A DNA stretch of 64,000 bases from the human T2T-CHM13v2.0 reference genome, Homo sapiens, in NCBI RefSeq assembly GCF_009914755.1, contig NC_060939.1; one strand, 5' to 3'. Within the stretch, counting starts at the first letter, position 1, and the number at the start of each line of letters is the position of its first letter. A program made the position numbers and the translations under genes. A model generated the notes under the pieces. That model saw only the letters and a program-made list of their open reading frames with translations, made no database searches and was not told the DNA's origin. Shown here one piece after another: positions 59,137-64,000 of the stretch.

Positions 59137-59535
59137 TATCAGGCCTCTGAGCCCAAGCTAAGCCATCATGTCCCCTGTGACCTGCACGTATGCACCCAGA
59201 TGGCCTGAAGTAACTGAAGGATCACAAAAGAAGTGAAAACGGCCTGTTCCTGCCTTAACTGATGACATTACCTTGTGAAATTCCTTCTCCTGGCTCATCC
59301 TGGCTCAAAAGCTCCCCCACTGAGCACCTTGTGTCCCCTGCCCGTGCCTGCCAAAGAACAACCCCTTTGACTGTAATTTTCCATGACCTACCCAAATCCT
59401 ATAAAACGGCCCCACCCCTATCTCCCTTCGCTGACTCTCTTTACGGACTTAGCCCACCTGCACCCAGGTGATTAAAAAGCTTTATTGCTCACACAAAGCC
59501 TGTTCAGTGGTCTCTTCACAGGGACACGCGTGAAA
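59137..59535 (+). mobile_element. 3' LTR7
   Basis: Direct repeat of the 5' LTR (roughly 92% identical by eye); terminal TG mutated to TA. Confidence 0.95.
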
Positions 59536-60024
59536 GAGAGAACCCTGAAATCTGGCATGCCGGTGAAAGGATAAGAATTTCTTATGAGTCAGTCTCTGGG
59601 CTCTTTCCCTCTATGCAAACTGGTTAAATATAAAGTAGAAGTCACGTATATCTCCTCTGTAAGATTTTAAATTAATTGGTTTAATAATAATAAAAGCTTA
59701 AGTCAAATATTTTGTCAGAAAAGTAGAAAGTGTAATGCCTTTTAGTTCATGTGACTTTAGCAATAGTTGGGAAATAAAGACAGTTTTCAAGATTATTGGA
59801 AAAATACAGTTGTCTTCAAAATGTAAACATGTGGTGTACATTATGTTCAAATACTAGGTTTGCTAAATCCTTTAACATCATAAGCTACTCCTTTGGCTTT
59901 TGAAAATTGTTTAACTTGCCTGCTTTCCAGCTAGGTAAGGCCTGGGGACACGTGGAGTTAGCCATGCCCCTAGCTGTGCTGGAAGTAGTCAAACCTTATC
60001 AGAAACTTTATCAGAACTTACCAG

Positions 60025-60332
60025 TTTTTTTTGTTTTTGTTTTTGTTTTGACAGAGTCTCACTCTGTCCCCCAGGCTGGAGTGCAGTGGCGCAATCTCGG
60101 CTCACCCACAATCTCCATCTCCCAGATTCAAGCAATTCTCTGCCCTAGCCTCCTGAGTAGCTGGAATTACAGACGCCCGCCACCACACCTGGCTAATTTT
60201 TTATTATTATTTTTAGTAGAGATGGGGTTTTACCATCTTGGCTAGGCTGGTCTTGAACTCCTGACCTCATGATCCACCCGCCTCGGCCTCCCAAAGTGCT
60301 GGGATTACAGGAGTGAGCCACCGCGCCTGGCC
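60025..60332 (-). mobile_element. Alu (AluS-like)
   Basis: Reverse dimer; TSD AACTTACCAG. Confidence 0.93.
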
Positions 60333-60369
60333 TAACTTACCAGGTTTTATGTTAAAATTCGCCATTATA

Positions 60370-60660
<291 letters not shown>

Positions 60661-61249
60661 CAAATTTGCCATTATAACATGCAATTAAGACTACTAGAAA
60701 CAGTTTTACATGCAAGGTGTATAAGAACAGTAGAAAGTGTTGGGGGTTTTTTTGTGTGTGTGGAAGGTTACAAAAGGTTTTTGCTTCTTTAAAATTTCTG
60801 AGTCATCATTTTGGCAAAATAAATAGTTTACGGTAATCTGGAATTCCAAAATCAAACTTCAGTTTCAAAATTGTCTTTCCTAATGCCTGGCTTTCTAGAT
60901 GAATCAGAGGGCCCCTGAAAACATCCAGAAAAGAGGTAAACAGGATTATTTGACATGTTTAGGTACATGGGATTGACAAAATGATGTTAAATCTTCTTTA
61001 GGTTATATTTTTGTGAATAATATATTCCAAAATTGTATGGGATTTCTGAAATTCTAATGTCTAAGTATATGTTACCAATCACAATTATAATTATGTTAAG
61101 TTATTGTAAACCACAAAAATGACCAAATTTTCTTGTATAAAGCTACTAACCCACGTAAAACAACAACAACAAAAAATTAATTACATATCAAGAAAAGACT
61201 TTCATGTTAAACCAGCTAATACTGAAATTGTTTAAAATAGTTTATAACC

Positions 61250-61983
61250 TGTCGCTTTGCAGATGCCGTCACTGCCACCAGGAGCCCTGTACTATCAGCC
61301 ATGGTCAACCCCACCGTGTTCTTTGACATCGCAGTCACGGCGAGCCCTTGGGTCACGTCTCCTTTGAGCTGTTTGCAGACAAGATTCCAAAAACAGCAGA
61401 AAACTTTCATGCTCTGAGCACTGGAGAGGAAGGATTTGGTTATAAGGGTTCCTGCTTTCACATAATTATTCCAGGATTTATGTGTCAGGGTGGTGACTTC
61501 ATATGCCATAATGGCACTGGTGGCAAGTCCATCTATGGGGAGAAATTTGATGATGAGAACTTCATCCTAAGGCATACACGTCCTGGCATCTTGTCCATGG
61601 CAAATGCTGGATCCAATACAAACGGTTCCCAGTTTTTCATCTGCACTGACAAGACTGAGTGGTGGATGGCAAGCATGTGGTCTTTGGCAAGGTGAAAGAA
61701 GGCATGAATATTGTGGAGGCCACGGAGCGCTTTGGGTCCAGGAATGGCAAGACCAGGAAGAAGATCACCATTGCTGACTGTGGACAACTCTAATAAGTTT
61801 GACTTGTGTTTTATCTTAACCACCAGACCATTCCTTCTGTAGCTCAGGACAGCACCCTCCACCCCATTTGCTCGCAGTATCCTAGAATCTTTGTGCTCTC
61901 GCTGCAGTTCCCTTCCATGCCTAGCTGGACTGCAGAGTTGAGTTAAAGTTTATGATTATGAAATAAAAACTAAATAACAACAA
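61250..61983 (+). pseudogene. PPIA (cyclophilin A) processed pseudogene, probably PPIAP46 (number from memory)
   Basis: Intronless ATGGTCAACCCCACCGTG at 61301; 1-nt deletions near 61337 and 61664; last codon GAA>TAA; AATAAA at 61962; A-rich tail; TSD AAAATWGTTTATAACC at 61234-61249 and 61984-61999. Confidence 0.95.
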
Positions 61984-63005
61984 AAAATTGTTTATAACCA
62001 ATGCTTGATCCCATATTCCTAGGAAAACAATTAAAGCTTCAGGTATATTTGGTCTTCTGGTCAGCCATTTAAACATTTTATAAAGGGATTTCATTCCATT
62101 GTTATTTTCCATGCATGTTTTCTGGTTGTAGAAAAGCTTTCCCATGCAAGAGGGCTGATGTTATAACAGTAGATTATTATGCTACAGTGTATTTTCACCA
62201 GATTAAAAAAAAAAGCTTTTTATGGTTTGAATCTGCTGGAAACATCAGAGAAAGACTGTCCTTGCCATCTACACTATAACAAAACTTCAGGACCTTGAAC
62301 TTTGGGTTCATAATCTCACAACTGAGAAGGGCCCCTCCATGCTCTTGGAGCTGTGCACCCACTGGAATGCTTAAGGTAAAACTAACTAGGGAAATTTCTC
62401 CCAAGAAGAAGATGACATCATTGATGTGAACAGCTTTTCCCAAGTTCACAGATTAAGACTTCTACTATCATGAAACTCTTATTTTTGAATATTTTTTCTT
62501 GCTTATGCCTTCTACGAACAATAGAAGTGGAAAAGGGGTCTGTTATGTGCACTTATGGGGAACATTTTTATTTGTGAAGGAGTTTGCAGCCAGCCTTATA
62601 CATGGATAAAGGCCCAATGTATGTAAGAAACTTTAATGGTAGATGTGTTAGCTCATAATCAATCAAAAACAAAAAATTGATTCACTCCACATAACCCACA
62701 TCGTGGGTTAAAGAGAACATTGCCAGAAGTCCTTCACTCTTCTGAAAGGGCATCATTTGTTAGGTCCTTTTTCCATGGTTTAAAGTAAAAGAAGCAATGA
62801 TTAGAAATGTATCCCTCATGATAGGTTCCATAGCAAATTCTACTCTAAAGGCTACAGACTCTAAATTCTCTTGTGAAAGTTATAATAGAATTGGCTAAAC
62901 AGCGAAGTATCTGTGCAGCTGCTGGCACTTGTGGCCTATACAGAAATACATCAAATGAAGACTATAGAAATTCAGTGGTAGGAGACTGACGAAGAAATTG
63001 ATTAG

Positions 63006-63238
<233 letters not shown>

Positions 63239-64000
63239 GTGAGTAAACTGTATCTAGCTCATTCTTAGATCCATTTGATTTTAGGAGGTTTGGTTTATGG
63301 GGACCTTGGGTAAGGAGTATACTCCCAAATTCTTGGTATTATCCTCCTAATAGCCATAATAATGGTCTCCCTGACGAGCTGTATGCTCTCAAAGGTTTTA
63401 AATGCTTGCATGAGCCATCTCTAGAATGTCATATGGTCTCTCTTCAACTGGAATAACAGGAGCTCAAAGAAATATGCAACCATGAGGACACCATAACCTA
63501 TAAATGACATGCTGAGACCAGAAACCCAAAATGATGGTAACTGAGAGTGGCACTGAGGCCCTAGGTTTTGGTCACACTCTCACCTAAGTGAAAACCTGAT
63601 CAAAAAGGGAATTTTTTTCAACAAAATTCTGGGAGGCCGTTGTTTTGGACTGATCTCATGCACTAGGCCCCAACAAACCAAACAAAACCAAAATGGGGCC
63701 ACTCATGCCAAGACTTTAAGGAAACACATAGATTCTAGAAAAGACTAGGTTTTGTTTTTTCTTCTGCAAATCACTACAACAAACATTTCTGACAGTATAG
63801 GTATCCACCCCCTAAAGTTTCCATTAAATCTTTTAACCAAATTCATTTCCTCTCACCTAGAGACCATCAAGCTTCAGATGATCATGTAACAAAGGTTCCA
63901 GCCAGTTCCAAGTGAAGACACCACCCCTGGACATCAAGAAGCTACCCTTCCTCCACTAGACAGAGCAGGGTGAGAGTTCCATGATCCCCAATAGGTAGGG

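Larger units (their letters stand above)
53894..59535 (+). mobile_element. HERV-H provirus (LTR7 family), ~5.6 kb, pol/env-deleted type
   Basis: Two LTRs, His PBS, gag/pro/pol remnants, short env remnant, PPT AAGAAGACAGGAA at 59124-59136, 5-bp TSD GAGAA/GAGAG. Confidence 0.96.

Overview
Human-type (primate, Alu-rich) genomic DNA matching the CCDC33-CYP11A1 locus (15q24). Bases 1-29,939 are a large CCDC33 intron with Alus, MIR/L2/LTR relics, homeodomain-motif islands and a likely internal first exon with an RFX X-box. The last eight coding exons of CCDC33 (+) span 29,940-35,804. CYP11A1 (P450scc) exons 2-9 lie on the - strand (47,806 down to 37,723), tail-to-tail with CCDC33; exon 1 is outside the window. 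CYP11A1 intron 1 holds a nested stack on +: a MER51-type ERV1 element, into which a two-LTR HERV-H provirus, a PPIA processed pseudogene and several Alus inserted. Most notable observations: a 24-bp VNTR built from telomeric/variant hexamers that forms an array of DR1 nuclear-receptor elements; a ~96%-identical inverted MIR pair in CYP11A1 intron 5; GC-AG introns in both genes; a three-monomer Alu inside one TSD; and a possible LTR-driven spliced antisense transcript. All calls were made by eye and from remembered consensus sequences, without database searches. Repeat subfamilies and boundaries are approximate; no new system is proven.
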